A DNA stretch of 63,399 nt, the filler included, from Octopus bimaculoides (lineage: Eukaryota), in NCBI RefSeq assembly GCF_001194135.2. It is 6 parts of 6 records of this genome, joined end to end, with 100 filler letters (N's around TTAATTAATTAA, not from the genome) between each part and the next. Parts side by side here need not be neighbours in the genome. Positions count along the whole stretch, not along the records: positions 1 to 13,520 come from NC_068984.1; 5 more parts are not named here. The stretch is one strand, 5' to 3'. Below, piece by piece: positions 1 to 13,149 of this stretch. How positions within the stretch are numbered: the first letter of the stretch is position 1; each line of letters starts with the position of its first letter. The translations under genes and the position numbers were made by a program. The notes beneath the pieces were generated by a model. The model made no database searches and was not told the origin of the DNA. It worked only from the letters and a program-made list of their open reading frames with translations.

Positions 1-46
<46 letters not shown>

Positions 47-103
47 TGTGTGTGTGTGTGCGCGTGTGCTTGTGTGTGTATGTGAATATATATGTACATA
101 CAT

Positions 104-235
104 ACGACGGCTTCTTTCAATTTCTCTCTACCAAATCCACTCACAAGACTTTGATCGGCCCGAGACTAGAGTAGAAGATACTTGCCCAAAGTGTCACATT
201 ATGAATTATGTGGTTAGGAAGCAACAGCCACGCCC
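104..235 (-). mobile_element. SINE family A, 5' arm only
   Basis: Reverse complement matches the 5' arm of the complete copies at 2939 and 28397 (ggcttctttca...ctaccaaatccactcacaag...cttgcccaa). Confidence 0.8.
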
Positions 236-1197
236 CTTTGGTTTCCCATGCGGTCAGGCACAACGTTGCTTAACTTGGTGGTCGGACAAGAACCGGTGCA
301 TTGAACGTGATATGGCCGTAACATACATACATACCTAGATGTGTGTGTGTTTGTGTGTGTGTTTGTGTGTCTGTGTGTGTGTTTGTGTGTGTGTGCGCGT
401 GTATTCGTTCTTTTGTGTTTGAGGATCGATATAATTTATCATACAGAATCCTGTTTAATTCATGATCATGAACTCTACTACGAAGCATTTTATCAACGAC
501 TGTATAAAACCTCTCTTTTAGCTAATGATTACTTTTAAAGTTGTTTTATGTCGATGCTATTTCAATTCTCAATTGTATTTGCTAAAAGCCGCAATCAAAT
601 GGCCAGTTGATACTTTCTAATATTTTACCCACATTTGGTTCGTAATTTTTCTAACTTCTTTTACAAGATATACAAAAGTCATATCAAGAATACCTGTGAA
701 TTAAGTGTTAACTAAAGAAAACACTACATGTAAGTAATGGAAGAGGATCACTGTACGCTTGTATAGATTAAATCTTATATCATAAAATAATAATTAAAAA
801 AAACAAACTAATTCAACACTGAGATAGTGATAAAGTCTTGATGACGTTGTAGTTCAAACAGCTTAGAAACTTTAGCGAAACACACCATAACACGTTCCTT
901 CGGGTACCTTTTGTTACAAAGGAGAATTTAAACACCTGTATTTTAAACTAGCAAAACAATTCTTAAATAAATACTGCTGCAGCTGCAGGTATAACAACTC
1001 AAGATATTTATTTTCAACTTGTAGTACTGGGAAGAGACTTCTACTAATAGTAGAAAGTGCTTTGGCCGTAAACACTCCCCTAGAACGTTTGCGAGATATA
1101 AAAAGGAAACAAAGAGACATATGATACTCTTTTGCTTTACGAGAAAAAGCGGACACATATTCCATTGTACTCTCCTTCAGTGTGCAAGGAAGAAAAA

Positions 1198-1680
1198 CCA
1201 TGGCTGCATGGTTAAGAAACTCGCTCTGCAACCACGTGATTTCAGGCTCAATTTCACTGCGTGGCACCTTGAGCAAGTGTCTTTTTCAATAGCCCCGGGT
1301 TTACCAATGCCTTGTGAGATAATTTGGTTGACAGAAACTGTGTGGAAGCCCGTCATATATACATACATGTATATGCATGTGTGTGCTTGTGTGTGAGTGT
1401 GTTTTTCATGTATGTGGGTATGCTGTGTATATGTGAGTGTGTGTGTGTGTGTGTACGTGTGTGTACGTATGTCTTTATGCCTGTGTTAGAGTTCATTCCA
1501 CCACTGCATGAGAGCCGGTATTGGATTGTTTGCGTTCCTTAACTGAGCGGTTTGGTTAAATAAACCAAAATAAACCAATAGAATAAGTACCAGACATAAG
1601 TAGAAAAATAAGTACTGAGAGTTGATTTGTTCGATTAAAACCCTTCAAAGATTCCGTGTAGTGATTAGAACAAATAAAAG
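1198..1680 (+). mobile_element. SINE family A variant, diverged full-length copy with expanded internal (TA/TG)n
   Basis: Head tggctgcatggttaagaa...gtggcaccttgagcaagtgtc, arm end gaagcccgtcatatat, microsatellite, then 3' arm ...gaataagtacc...gatttgttcgattaaa. Confidence 0.75.
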
Positions 1681-2938
1681 AAAGAAAAGAAAATCGAAAC
1701 AAAGTCAAGAAAAGTCATAAATATTGTGGCTGGAAGAAAATATTCAAACTATGGGGAAAGTTGAACTTCGTGACCGAATGGCTGCAAATGATAACTTCCC
1801 ACCAATATAATATCGCGTCAAAATATGCATTCTGCTATTGACTCATATGATCAATATCAACACGCCACAAATGATGATGATAAATATTTTCGCTTCGATC
1901 AATATTCATATTAAACATATATTAGAACTAATGTAACTTTCTAGTTTGCTTAACATTGATTGCCCAAAACAATAGGTTTGCTGCTATCGCACCTCTATGT
2001 CAGTGTGGCTTTATTGTCTGAAAAAGTGATAATGTTATCAAGTGAAATACAATATAACCTGCTTCAAATTGCTAAGCACTATCATACATTTTAAAGTTGT
2101 ATCTGATTGTATGAATACATTTCCATTCTTCAGTTCATCATCCAAATACCAGGTCAACCTCATTGATTTCTACAGCATTTTGCTGTTGCTACTACTGCTG
2201 CAACTGATGGTGTTGGTACTACTGCTACTGCTGCTGCTGCTGTTTTTGTATAGTCCCAAGTTAGTGCTGACTGAGTAAACATACTTTCAAAAGTATTCAA
2301 TCACTGTCCGTCGTCTTGATGTTTTGTTTATCATGGATTATAACACATTGTATCAATTTTTTTTTTCTTTTTATCACGACAAGGTGTTCTTTGTGTGAAT
2401 TTGCTTGCTGCTTGTAGCAAGGTGAACCATGATACAGTGGTTTTCCTCGTTGGCTCGTGTAGATTTATGTATTTAACAAGAGCGGGTTACCGGTCCAAAT
2501 CGAATACGCCCTTCAATAGAGGATGGACATTTTCCCTATGCAGGAGAGACGAAACGAACATCAGCTTCTTGAACAAAACATTTGCCAACGTTATATATCA
2601 ATGTGTTATTTATTTAGAGCCAAGGAAACAAGGACTTTAAGGGTGGGGTATCCAAGTCATAGATGCAACAGAATTGATAACTGCAAACACTTAAGCTCTT
2701 TGTCTGCTGCATTACCATTTCGATTATCCGTGATGTTACTACCACAATAATATTTAGCAGAATCCTTTTTAATAATTATTAACAGATATTTATTGAACTA
2801 ATTGTTGATTATGATTTTCTGCTATGTTGTTGTTATTTTAGACCCGGGACAGCACTGCTTTTGCCGGACCAAGATAAAAGATCTCCAGACACGACCATTC
2901 TGTCTTTTATTAGAATTAGCGTAATAAATCTACATTAT

Positions 2939-3347
2939 AGGTGCAGGAGTGGCTGTGTGCTAAGTAGCTTGCTTACCAGCCACATGGTTCCGGGTTCAGT
3001 CCCACTGCGTGGCACCTTGGGCAAGTGTCTTCTGCTATAGCCTCGGGCCGACCAAAGCCTTGTGAGTGGATCTGGTAGACGGAAACTGAAAGAAGCCCGT
3101 TGTATATATGTATATGTATATATATGTGTATGTGTGTTTGTGTGTCTGTGTTTGTCCCCCCAACATCGCTTGACAACTGATGCTGGTGTGTTTATGTCCC
3201 CGTAACTTAGCAGTTCGGCAAAAAAGAGGCCGATAGAATAAGTACTAGGCTTACAAAGAATAAGTCCTGGGGTCGATTTGCCCGACTAAAGGCAGTGCTC
3301 CAGCATGGCCTCAATCAAATGACTGAAATAAGTAAAAGAGTAAAGAG
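2939..3347 (+). mobile_element. SINE family A, full length
   Basis: A-box-like TGGCTGTGTG, B-box-like GGTTCAGTCCC, internal (TA/TG)n, 3' end aagtaaaagagtaaagag; multiple homologous copies in the window. Confidence 0.9.
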
Positions 3348-4039
3348 TATTATCTGACGTGCACTTCCTTTTAAATTCAATAGAGTGTCATTTAAACGAG
3401 ACTGGGCTACTATTTCTTGCAGACAGAAAACCCATGCAATTTGTGCGATTTATCCTGAACTGTGTGTTTGGCTTAATGCTGTATATTATACAATTTATTA
3501 CATGATCATCTATATTACGGATTAGGACCCAAGGTGGGAGTTTTTTGATGATTATTCTGCGTGAAAGAAAATGCCAACGAAACTAGTGATAAGCGCCTAT
3601 AGTATTAAAACAGAAAGAACATACTAGTTAATATAGCCATAGCTATACTATCTGTGAATAAAGGAGTGGACGGGACGGGAAGATCGAGCTGAAACAACTT
3701 TGTTCACAGATTTGCTTGATCAGAGTTGTCGTGGGGTTAAGCATCCTCATCAACAACTAATGATTAATGCAAATAATGACTGTATAAAGTAGAAACAAAA
3801 CAGATTATTATAGACAGTCCTTGACATAATTATATCTAAGAAAGCAGCAGTATAGGAGATAGGAAGTGTAACTAATTTTACACAGTAAAAAGAGCACGTG
3901 ATCATTAGCTGATCAGACAGACGAAAGTCTAACATCACTATCAAAGAGAAAAAAGAAAGTGATATGACTTGCAGAACTTTTGTAATTAATTAGTATGTAG
4001 AGTTGAAAATAATACCATTATTACACTGTTTATAAATAA

Positions 4040-4287
4040 AAGCTCCTTCTTGGAATCCAGTCAGGTAAACATTCAGCAATAAATCACCGAATGCGATCGA
4101 AAATGAAACCGATTGGTGCTGTAAATAATCTAAAATAACTTTCATCGCAAATCCCGGTTGTCAGATTGATTTCGTTATAGCGAGAACCAGATAGCACCAT
4201 AGGTGTGTATGGAAACGTGTCTCTCTCGCTCTCTGTAATACGCATTCGGATTGCTTGTTTTCTTAGTTGGTAATTTAAGCTATCCAA
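4040..4287 (-). pseudogene. Decayed LINE RT C-terminal fragment (CR1/L2/Jockey-group-like)
   Basis: Translation ..LRKQAIRMRITESERDTFP...GICDESYFRLFTAP resembles the ..QKRAIRLI...G.CS.EL..L.PP segment of these LINEs. Recognised by eye only. Confidence 0.35.
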
Positions 4288-4773
4288 TAGGATTATCTTT
4301 TTTAAAAAAATGGGGTATTAAAATATTAAAGCAGCAAGTAGCTCAAATTAGGAGAAAAACAACAACAAAAATAAGAGTAATAAAGTACAACCTTGAAAAT
4401 TATCAAAATCTTCTACTTCTAACCTAATGTAGCAATTCTGTCTCTAATGGGGATATATACTATCATCATTATCTTTTATATCTATCGAGCGTGGGAAGCT
4501 CTAATCTTCTTGTCTTTTATTCTATTTGTTTATAGTATGTTTCATATGTCTATTAACCCGTACCGAATAGTTGACTGGTAATACCATTTTACTGGCCCTA
4601 AAAATGTTGAAAGACAGCGTTAGCTTCGGCAAGATTTAGAATCAGAACACAAGGGAATACATACAACAAAATACTTTTGTAACTTTGTCCGAACTTCAAA
4701 CAATTGTCTCAATATCATGTTAGTTCAAATAATAGTAAAATCATAACTCAGTTTTATATAACGAACCAATATT

Positions 4774-4986
4774 GGTTTCAAATTTTGGCTTAAGGCCGGC
4801 AGTTTTAGGGAAGGGGCAAAGTCGATTACATCGATCCCAGTGTTCAAATGGAATTTATTTTATTGACCCTGAAAGTATTACGACAAAGTGGTCCTTCACG
4901 GAATTTAAACTCAGGACTTAAAGACGGACGAAATACCGCTAAGCATTTTACCTGGCGTGTTAACGATTCTTCCAGCTCGCCGCCTT
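4774..4986 (-). mobile_element. SINE family B (tail type 2)
   Basis: Reverse strand reads aaggcggcgagctggaagaatcgttaac...gagtttaaattcc...gatcgatgtaatcgact; homologous to many copies in the window. Confidence 0.85.
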
Positions 4987-5515
4987 ATAACAAACCAATA
5001 TTTACACCGATTTATGAAAGTATAAACGCAACTTGTACTAAATATAAAAGATTCTTTTTGGATAATAAACATCATGTTTATCTGTGTGAGTAGTGGGACT
5101 GTTTCATATACACAGTTTAGAACGTTAACATTGTATGCTATTTTTTCTCAGATCATCTCTGATAGCGCAGTATTATGATGAAAAGCATTTTATCCTTAAC
5201 GACCTCATCTTTTTCAGGCACAAGGGACTCAATTAGCTAACGTGTCGCCATTTATTTTAGTAAAGAGATATTTAGGGAAGATTTAACTGCTATTTTTAGC
5301 AGGCGAATGACCGCACAGAAGCACCATCGTTGACTCATTACGCAAAATGTGACAATCGAGAAGACAAACTGCGTTGTATAATTGGTTGTAGGTGTTGTTG
5401 CTTACCTTATATACTTAGATGCTTATCAAGTTACAAACAGGGTAACAGTCTTTCGTACCGGCACAGAACCAACGTTTTTGGGACGGATATATATTTGAAC
5501 TTACTTCAATATATC

Positions 5516-5686
5516 TCTTAGCGGCATGTCATCCGTCTTTACGTTCTGAGTTCAAATTCCGCCAAAGTCGACTTTGCTTTTCATCGATGAAATAAATTGA
5601 TAAAATAGTACCAGGTGAGCAATGGAGTCACCGAATTTGACTTACCTCGCCCCGAAATTCCTGGCCTTGTACAAAATTTGAAACCA
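5516..5686 (+). mobile_element. SINE family B, 5'-truncated
   Basis: ttctgagttcaaattccgccaaagtcgactttgcttttcatc...ggccttgtacaaaatttgaaacc. Confidence 0.8.
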
Positions 5687-6237
5687 ATTTATTTCTTGTA
5701 TCTACTTTATCGACACAGAAAAGGTGCGATGGCAAAAACAGCAAAAGTACCGGGCCAGATGTCGTTAAGTTTTTATTTACGACACATTTTATTTCATGTA
5801 CCAATTCCACTTGAAACAGTTTTGCCTTTCATCGTTCTGAAGCCTGTATATAAAAGCAAATCATGCACTGAGATAGTTTCAATCAACTATTTCTAAAAAT
5901 GTGGAGCATCCTGTTAGAGAGAAGCATCTTTTCATTGACTTGCAATCATAAAAGATAATCTTGACTACAAGATCTAAGCCCAGAATATAAGGAATCAAGA
6001 CAAAATATGATAAGCGATTTACTCTAAGGCTTGAACGTTCTTTTCAAATCACGCTTCTTCAGAAATAATGGTAATTGATTACAATGAAGGAGAAGGTTTC
6101 ACATTTAAAAAGAAACAGTTATAAAGGCATGTTATGGAAGTATTTTTCAGTAAGAAATTTAACAGCGTAAAGAAAGAGTAATTATTCCTTTTAGAAATCA
6201 AAACCTGAGCTTTTCTTGCCGTATAATTCACATCTGG

Positions 6238-6626
6238 GTGGAGGCGCAATGACCCAGTGGTTAGGGCAGCGGACTCGCGGTCATAGGATCGCGGTTTCGA
6301 TTCCCAGACTGGGCGTTGTGAGTGTTTATTGAGCGAAAAACACCTAAAGCTCCACGAGGCTCCGGCAGGGGATGGTGGCGAACCCTGTTGTACTCTTTCA
6401 CCACAACTTTCTCTCACTCTTACTTCCTGTTTCTGTTGTGCCTGTAATTCAAAGGGTCAGCCTTGTCACACTGTGTCACGCAAAATATCCCCGAGAACTA
6501 CGTTAAAGGGTACACGTGTCTGTGGAGTGCTCAGCCACTTGCACGCTAATTTCACGAGCAGGCTGTTCCGTTGATCAGATCAACTGGATCCCTCGACGTC
6601 GTAAGCGACGGAGTGCCAACACACAC
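6238..6626 (+). mobile_element. SINE family C, full length with 13-bp TSD
   Basis: A box TGACCCAGTGG, B box GGTTTCGATTCCC, (CA)n tail; TSD aattcacatctgg at 6225-6237 and 6627-6639. Confidence 0.93.
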
Positions 6627-8177
6627 AATTCACATCTGGATTATACAGCAAGAAAGCTCGGTTTTAGGTATAGCAATTAATGGAAGTGATTATATAATAG
6701 GAAGAACCCTTTAAGTATTTGTTCGATGGGCTAGAAACAAATGCCAAATCTACATGAAACCACATCCTATTGAAAGGAAGGACATATTGTTTAATGTAGA
6801 GTGGAATACTTAATGTCCGGAAAAAAATGGCTAGAATGTCTTTTATAATAGGTCTGCTCGATTAGGGTCACCTTGGGGCTAAACTTTAAAAACTACAAAT
6901 ATATTCAACAGTGCATCTCGAAGCCGATAAAACTATAAATAACAACGTGTAAATAGCCGGTTAAAAACTCTTTGGATGGAAACATTCGGCGGCTGCCCTT
7001 GGAACTCAAACCCACATCTGCAAACATGACAAATGTTCTACCATTTTAAAAAGGCGATCATTCGAATTTTGCCATTCAACAACTTCGTCCTCACCTGCGA
7101 GTTCTACCATTAAAAGGACTTATTTCATGACTCACGAAGTTTCTAAATTCTTATGATGAAAACAAAATATTTTTCTATTTTAATCATTTTCTCTGATTCG
7201 ATATCTTATTTTTGTCATGACAATCGGAAAACCTATGCAGACACTGATAAGCATAGCAGACGGAACCAAGTAAAAACTGCATATAATGCACTGATTTTGC
7301 TGGTATGTGTGTAATCGCTTGGCAGGTGATATGAAAGCGTGTGAGTAGGTGAGAGTGGACATTAGTGTGAGGGAATGCAAATGAAAGCAAACAAAATGGC
7401 AAGAGCAATCTGAAAAGCCATCTTGATAATTTTACTGATGTGTGTGTAAGTATGTAGCAAAACTAAGTAGAAATGTCAATCCATTGTTTAACAAAAGGAA
7501 AATGTTTAAGATAAAATTTGAAGATGAGAGAAAGATGAATGAATTCTGAGGAAAAAATAAAAATGAGAAAAAAAAGTGTTATTAATTACTCAACAATGGC
7601 AAAATATTTGGAGAGTTTTATAGTCTATCCGGAATATGGTATGAGATTGATAAAGTTCCAGAAAGCGAAGTCATAACTGTGATGAAGATGTTGGTAAAAT
7701 CCATGGAAAAAATAACTTTAATGGAGTGAACATCTAAACGTAACGCACGTTGTATAGAAAGAAAATGGCCGAGAGAACAAAATTATTTTTTTGAGAGAAG
7801 AATGGAGTGTAAGACGACGCAAACAGCAAGACAAATGGTGTGCATGCGCGTTCGTGTGTTGCTAAGCTAAAAGTGAGTAGCGGTCAAGCAGAAGTACCAG
7901 ATGGAAAGGTAAGAAAGGAAAGTATTATTCAAAACTGTCAACCAAAACAGGACTACCGAATATATTTACCCCAAAATTTCAAGTTTTACGTTGTTAGAAT
8001 TACTTCCCTTGATTGTTATGTTTTACGATTTAGACAAATCTTGAAGGCGTTTCTGTCTATTAATTGCATGAACAATCACAGTTAACCGACGTTATTCAGT
8101 TTCCTTATCTATAACACATGTGAAACCAGACCGTATATCTATAGTATTCAGAACGCTACCCTGAGCTATGTTTACCT

Positions 8178-8244
8178 GAAGTACATTTTTAGAAGTACAT
8201 TTTTAGAAGTACATTTTTAGAAGTACATTTTTAGAAGTACATTT
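8178..8244. repeat. 14-bp tandem repeat gaagtacattttta, 4 full copies plus a partial
   Basis: Exact units at 8178, 8192, 8206 and 8220; partial unit at 8234. Confidence 0.95.
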
Positions 8245-8616
8245 GGTTTATGAATTCTGACAAAAGCATTAAAGCTATAAATTAAGTTCTCTGTTGTCAA
8301 TGGAACTATCGAAAGCTGAAACTGGATACCGACTGAGGTATACCCAAAGATTCTTGACATTCAACACGTTCGATATAATGGTAAGTACGTGGAAGATACT
8401 ACGGTTAAATGAGAAAAGGTAGCATTGACCTAGATATGGTAAACGTAGATTTGTTAAAAGGTAATGAAAGGTCATATTGAAGGAGAGAAACTAGAGACAC
8501 AGACGATGTGAGAAGGGCACAAAAGAGAAGGTGAGGGTGTGAAAGAAACGAGAAAGAAAAGAGAGAGAAAAGGTGAATAGAGAGAGAGAGAGAGTGAAGC
8601 AGGAGCCAGTCCCGCA

Positions 8617-8665
<49 letters not shown>

Positions 8666-8919
8666 CTCCCTTCATATGTTTCTGCACGATGTGACAGAGA
8701 ATATGAGCTACAAAAGTAGGAAGGGGAAAGGAAGGGGAAGAAGAAAAGTGGATGTGAAATAAAGAATTGTGATGAAGAAAGAAAAATAACAAAATGCAAA
8801 TTTGTGTGCATACGTAATTAGACACGCACACATACACAAACACATATACAAACACAGGCACATACACAGACACAGAAACACACACAGAAATACACACAGA
8901 GAAAGAGTGAGATGGATAG

Positions 8920-8960
<41 letters not shown>

Positions 8961-9433
8961 TATCGTTAGATGAACTCTACGTAAATATCAGCATATTTTG
9001 TGTATACGTATGTCGCTCTTCAGTTTTACTTCAAGATTTCTTGCCAATAGAGAAAGAGCCGGTTTCTAACCTACATCCAATGTTCCTTCATTAGAATTTC
9101 AACATCAACAACAGGGTATTTTTGTTTGTATGTACGTATGTATGTACGTATGTATGTACGTATGTATGTATGTATGTATGTATGTATGTGTATATATATG
9201 TACGTATATATATANNNNNNNNNNNNNNNNNNNNNNNNNNNNNNNNNNNNNNNNNNNNNNNNNNNNNNNNNNNNNNNNNNNNNNNNNNNNNNNNNNNNNN
9301 NNNNNNNNNNNNNNNNNNNNNNNNNNNNNNNNNNNNNNNNNNNNNNNNNNNNNNNNNNNNNNNNNTATGTATGTATGTATGTATGTATGTATGTATATAT
9401 ATATATATATAATATATATATATGTATGTATAT

Positions 9434-9478
<45 letters not shown>

Positions 9479-10292
9479 GTATGCATGTATGTATACGCGG
9501 GATGTGGAAATACTTGGGTTGATCTCCAGCCGCACGGTTGGCCCACTGGCAGTGGGAGGCTCCTCTGTAATATCGCAATTTCTCTGTATGAGAGGGAAAC
9601 TGGGAGAAAACCTATGACACTGACAATATTCGATGACGTAGACAAGTTGTTTTCGAGTTTATGTTGTTCATGTTCAGAGAGTGGGATTGGATTTGTGCAA
9701 ATCCTTTTCCCATTATAAAAAAAAACCCATCATGCATAGGTATCGCTAGAAAAACAAGTAAGACATATCACAAAAATGGCTGGTCGTAGCCTTCGCATGT
9801 GTGAGACTTTCGATCAGGTGATGGCAATACTCGAACACGAGTTTGCAACCATCATGTATGTATGTATGTATGTATGTATGTATGTATGTATAGAAAATGA
9901 TTATGGAAAGAAAAGTAATCTACTGACTTGTATGTAAACTGGAAAACATTGTTTTATTTTTGTATATCAGGAATATTTCCGATAAAATGACCTTCACGCT
10001 AAATTCATTTAAATTAATTTAGTAATACAATAAAAAAAATGTGTAATATTGTGTAATATTGTTGACATTTCGTATGAGATATTGAGAAAGGTGTAGAAAA
10101 TCGAAAATTTTAAAATACTATTGACATTGTTTGCTTTGTGTTTTTCCTACTGTATTTTGCTCTTAGCATGCATTGTATGGAACTAATCAACTATTCGAAA
10201 TGAAAAATTGTGCATGGAAATTGAGCCATAAAATTGTGTGCATGTAGTTATACCCGCGCTTAAGAACCTATGGAATATAACATGGAATATAA

Positions 10293-10700
10293 CCGGACAT
10301 TGTTGTAGTGAATAAAAAAAGAAAGAAACTTGCATGATAATCAAGACAGTATATGCCGGTGAGAACAGAATCAAAGAGATAGAAGAAAATTTGAACAACT
10401 ACAATGATTTGAAGCAGAAATACGAAGGTTGTGAGGAATGATGAGAGTAGACGTGATACCAATAGTAATTGACATACTTGGAAGTATCACCACTAAACTA
10501 CCAGCATGGCTAAAAAAAGATTGATACAAATGTAAAAATAAAACACCTACAAAAATCAGCATTGCTTAGATCTGCAAGAGCACTTAGCAGGGTTCTTAAA
10601 GCATGATCAGTAAACAAGTGTCACCTTACTTTGCAGGTTGTGGTCAGCTAATACTTTTCATCATACCCAGCAAAATAAGCTGAGAGTTTCTATCAAATAA
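10293..10700 (+). pseudogene. 3' end of an RLE-type non-LTR retrotransposon (R4/Dong-like), frameshifted
   Basis: Pieces translate as PDIVVVNKK..ETCMII..., RRL*GMMRVDVIPIVIDILGSITTKLPAWLKK and IDTNVKIKHLQKSALLRSARALSRVLKA* (stop at 10604-10606). This is the typical PD..D restriction-like endonuclease C-terminus, followed by ~90 bp of 3' UTR. Confidence 0.8.
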
Positions 10701-12044
10701 TACACACACACACATACAATCACACACACACACACACACATACAATCACACACACAAACACACACAACAAAGTATCGATGAATACGGAAATTAATACATC
10801 TGTATAAACTTTCTGTCAATTGCCGCATATTGCGTGACGGACGTTTCTGCTGAATAGACATCTAACGACCGCATTTGTATCTAGCTACTTTTAATAGTGA
10901 TTAGTCCATGCAACTTTATCCAGTGTCTATCCATTTAAATGGATTATAGCTTAATTAAAAAATTATGCAAATGTACTAATCTCTGTATTCATTGTTACTA
11001 TATTCGATATACAGTCGGTTAAATATTCATAACCCAGAGAAGCAAACCCAGGATTTACCCATCAGATAATACACAGTGGAATTGACTATCTCAAGAAATT
11101 CTAGGTGCTCATTTACAACTCGACGCAGTTAGCCATAACCTGGATTATTGCGAAGTGCTTGAATGATAACCGCCTCTATTGGTATATATGATTGGTATTT
11201 AAGCAGCATATTCTCTTTTTTCTCTCATCTTCACCTTTATGTTAACATCCGCTAGGCAGCTAATTTCCATAACTGTACACAGTTTCTCTTCTCTGTCCCA
11301 AAATATTATACCAGGTCTATTGTATTTACGTTTTACTGAGGTTTTCACCGAGACATTCCACCAGTACTCCTTTTAATAATGTATGTATGTATGTTTGCAT
11401 GTATGTATATACGTATGCATGCATATATAATAAATCGTCAGGTGCACAAAGGATAGCGTGAAATAAAACAAAGATGTACATATTCATTCTTAACGCGTGA
11501 ATAAACAAATGTCTGTAGTATTTTGTCTACGGGTGACAAATGCCTTCTATGTGCATGCACAGCACACACAAATCATGGATGCAAGGGGACAACGACGCAG
11601 CACGTTATTTCACGCTGGTTGTGTCTCGTCAGTTGAAGGAAGCCTGTATCAATGAATCTGATGAAAAGTTTTGGTCTTTGTTTATAGAAATCACCAAACA
11701 AATTATTTAGTAATGCATGTTGATGCATGTCAAACTGATAATAAATCGTCAAGTGTACAGAGAATAGCAAAAATCTCAATAGCGATAAGCATATTCATTC
11801 TTAATATGCTCCGCTAGATTCGAACGTGTATATGATAATCACTGCTTCTATTTTGTCTACGGGGAGCAAGTTTATTTTTCAGATAATGCGTGTCTGAAAG
11901 AAAGAGTGGGGGTGAGAGATTGATACATAGTTTCATGCAGGATAACAAGTACGCCTACACACGTGTGTGTAGGTGTGGTGTGGTGTGTGTATACATGTGT
12001 GTGTGTATGTGTGTGCTTCTGTAAAGGGCTTGATAAATAGTTTG

Positions 12045-12084
<40 letters not shown>

Positions 12085-12530
12085 GGATAGACAAACAAAG
12101 AAAGAGAAAGCGGAGGAGGAGCACAAGGAGGAGTTGGAGGAGCAGAAGCAGGAGTTGGAGGAGCAGGGCAGGAGCTGGAGAAGAAAGAGGAGATAGGGAA
12201 ACATGGATGTATGTATTTATTATACCTAAAAATAGTCCGTATCAAATTTCGTTTCCCCGAAACTTCTGAATGTCCTTTTCGGCATTTTCTTTTTTTTTTT
12301 GCGATTGTTTTTTGTTTTTTTTTATATTTATTTTGTAATCTGGATTTTCTGTTTTTGTTTTGTATTTTTTTTTTCTTTATCTTACATTTACAGTTACTCT
12401 AAATACTCTAAGAGACTAAAAGAGCCAACGCTGAAATGTCACTCGACATATTTAATCATGTGATGGTACTGAGATATTTTAAACAGCTTTTGTGTGTATG
12501 TGTTGTGTTGTGTGTTGCGTGTATGTGTGC

Positions 12531-12574
<44 letters not shown>

Positions 12575-12758
12575 NNNNNNNNNNNNNNNNNNNNNNNNNN
12601 NNNNNNNNNNNNNNNNNNNNNNNNNNNNNNNNNNNNNNNNNNNNNNNNNNNATATATACATTTACATAAACACATATGTATAGATATATACATATCTATA
12701 CGCATTTATGTACGCATATACACATGTATGTATATACATACATTCATATCTATATATA

Positions 12759-12797
<39 letters not shown>

Positions 12798-13149
12798 ATG
12801 ATATATATACACATGAGTGTATGTGTAAGCATATATGTACGCATATACATGTAGATACGAATAGAAATATATATATACGCACAAACACACAAATATGTAT
12901 ATATGTAAATATATGTTTATTTATATAAGTAAACATATATACATACATGCATACGGACATAGTACGTACGTACATACATACATACATACATACATACACA
13001 CATATATTCCTCACTTTGTTAACCATACGCAACCGCGACGTTCTTGTGATTTGTTTGTAAAGATAAAAGTTCATAGTTATCTAATATGTTTTATAAAAAT
13101 AAAATAACCTATACATATATCTATTCTATTTTAGTGTTTCCATTAAGCC

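Noticed and set aside
836-890. UUGAUGA..GAAAC pattern
   Set aside because: C3 is absent and helices I and III are not supported.
6238-6320. tRNA-like heads as real tRNA genes (also 42100-42172)
   Set aside because: Acceptor stems and 3' ends are incomplete, and each continues into a multi-copy SINE body.
7251-7312. AG..GT-bounded micro-exon candidate reading TDKHSRRNQVKTAYNALILL
   Set aside because: The GPCR-like impression rests on ~20 residues, with no partner exons found.
8300-8386. Short frame ending at a strong GTAAGT donor
   Set aside because: No acceptor, no recognisable product; such donors occur by chance in 63 kb.
9071-9645. Long ORFs in the track spanning N runs and microsatellites (also at 12.4, 14.7, 18.0, 25.2, 34.3, 38.2 and 43.0 kb)
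   Set aside because: They consist of X codons and dinucleotide/tetranucleotide repeat translations, not genes.
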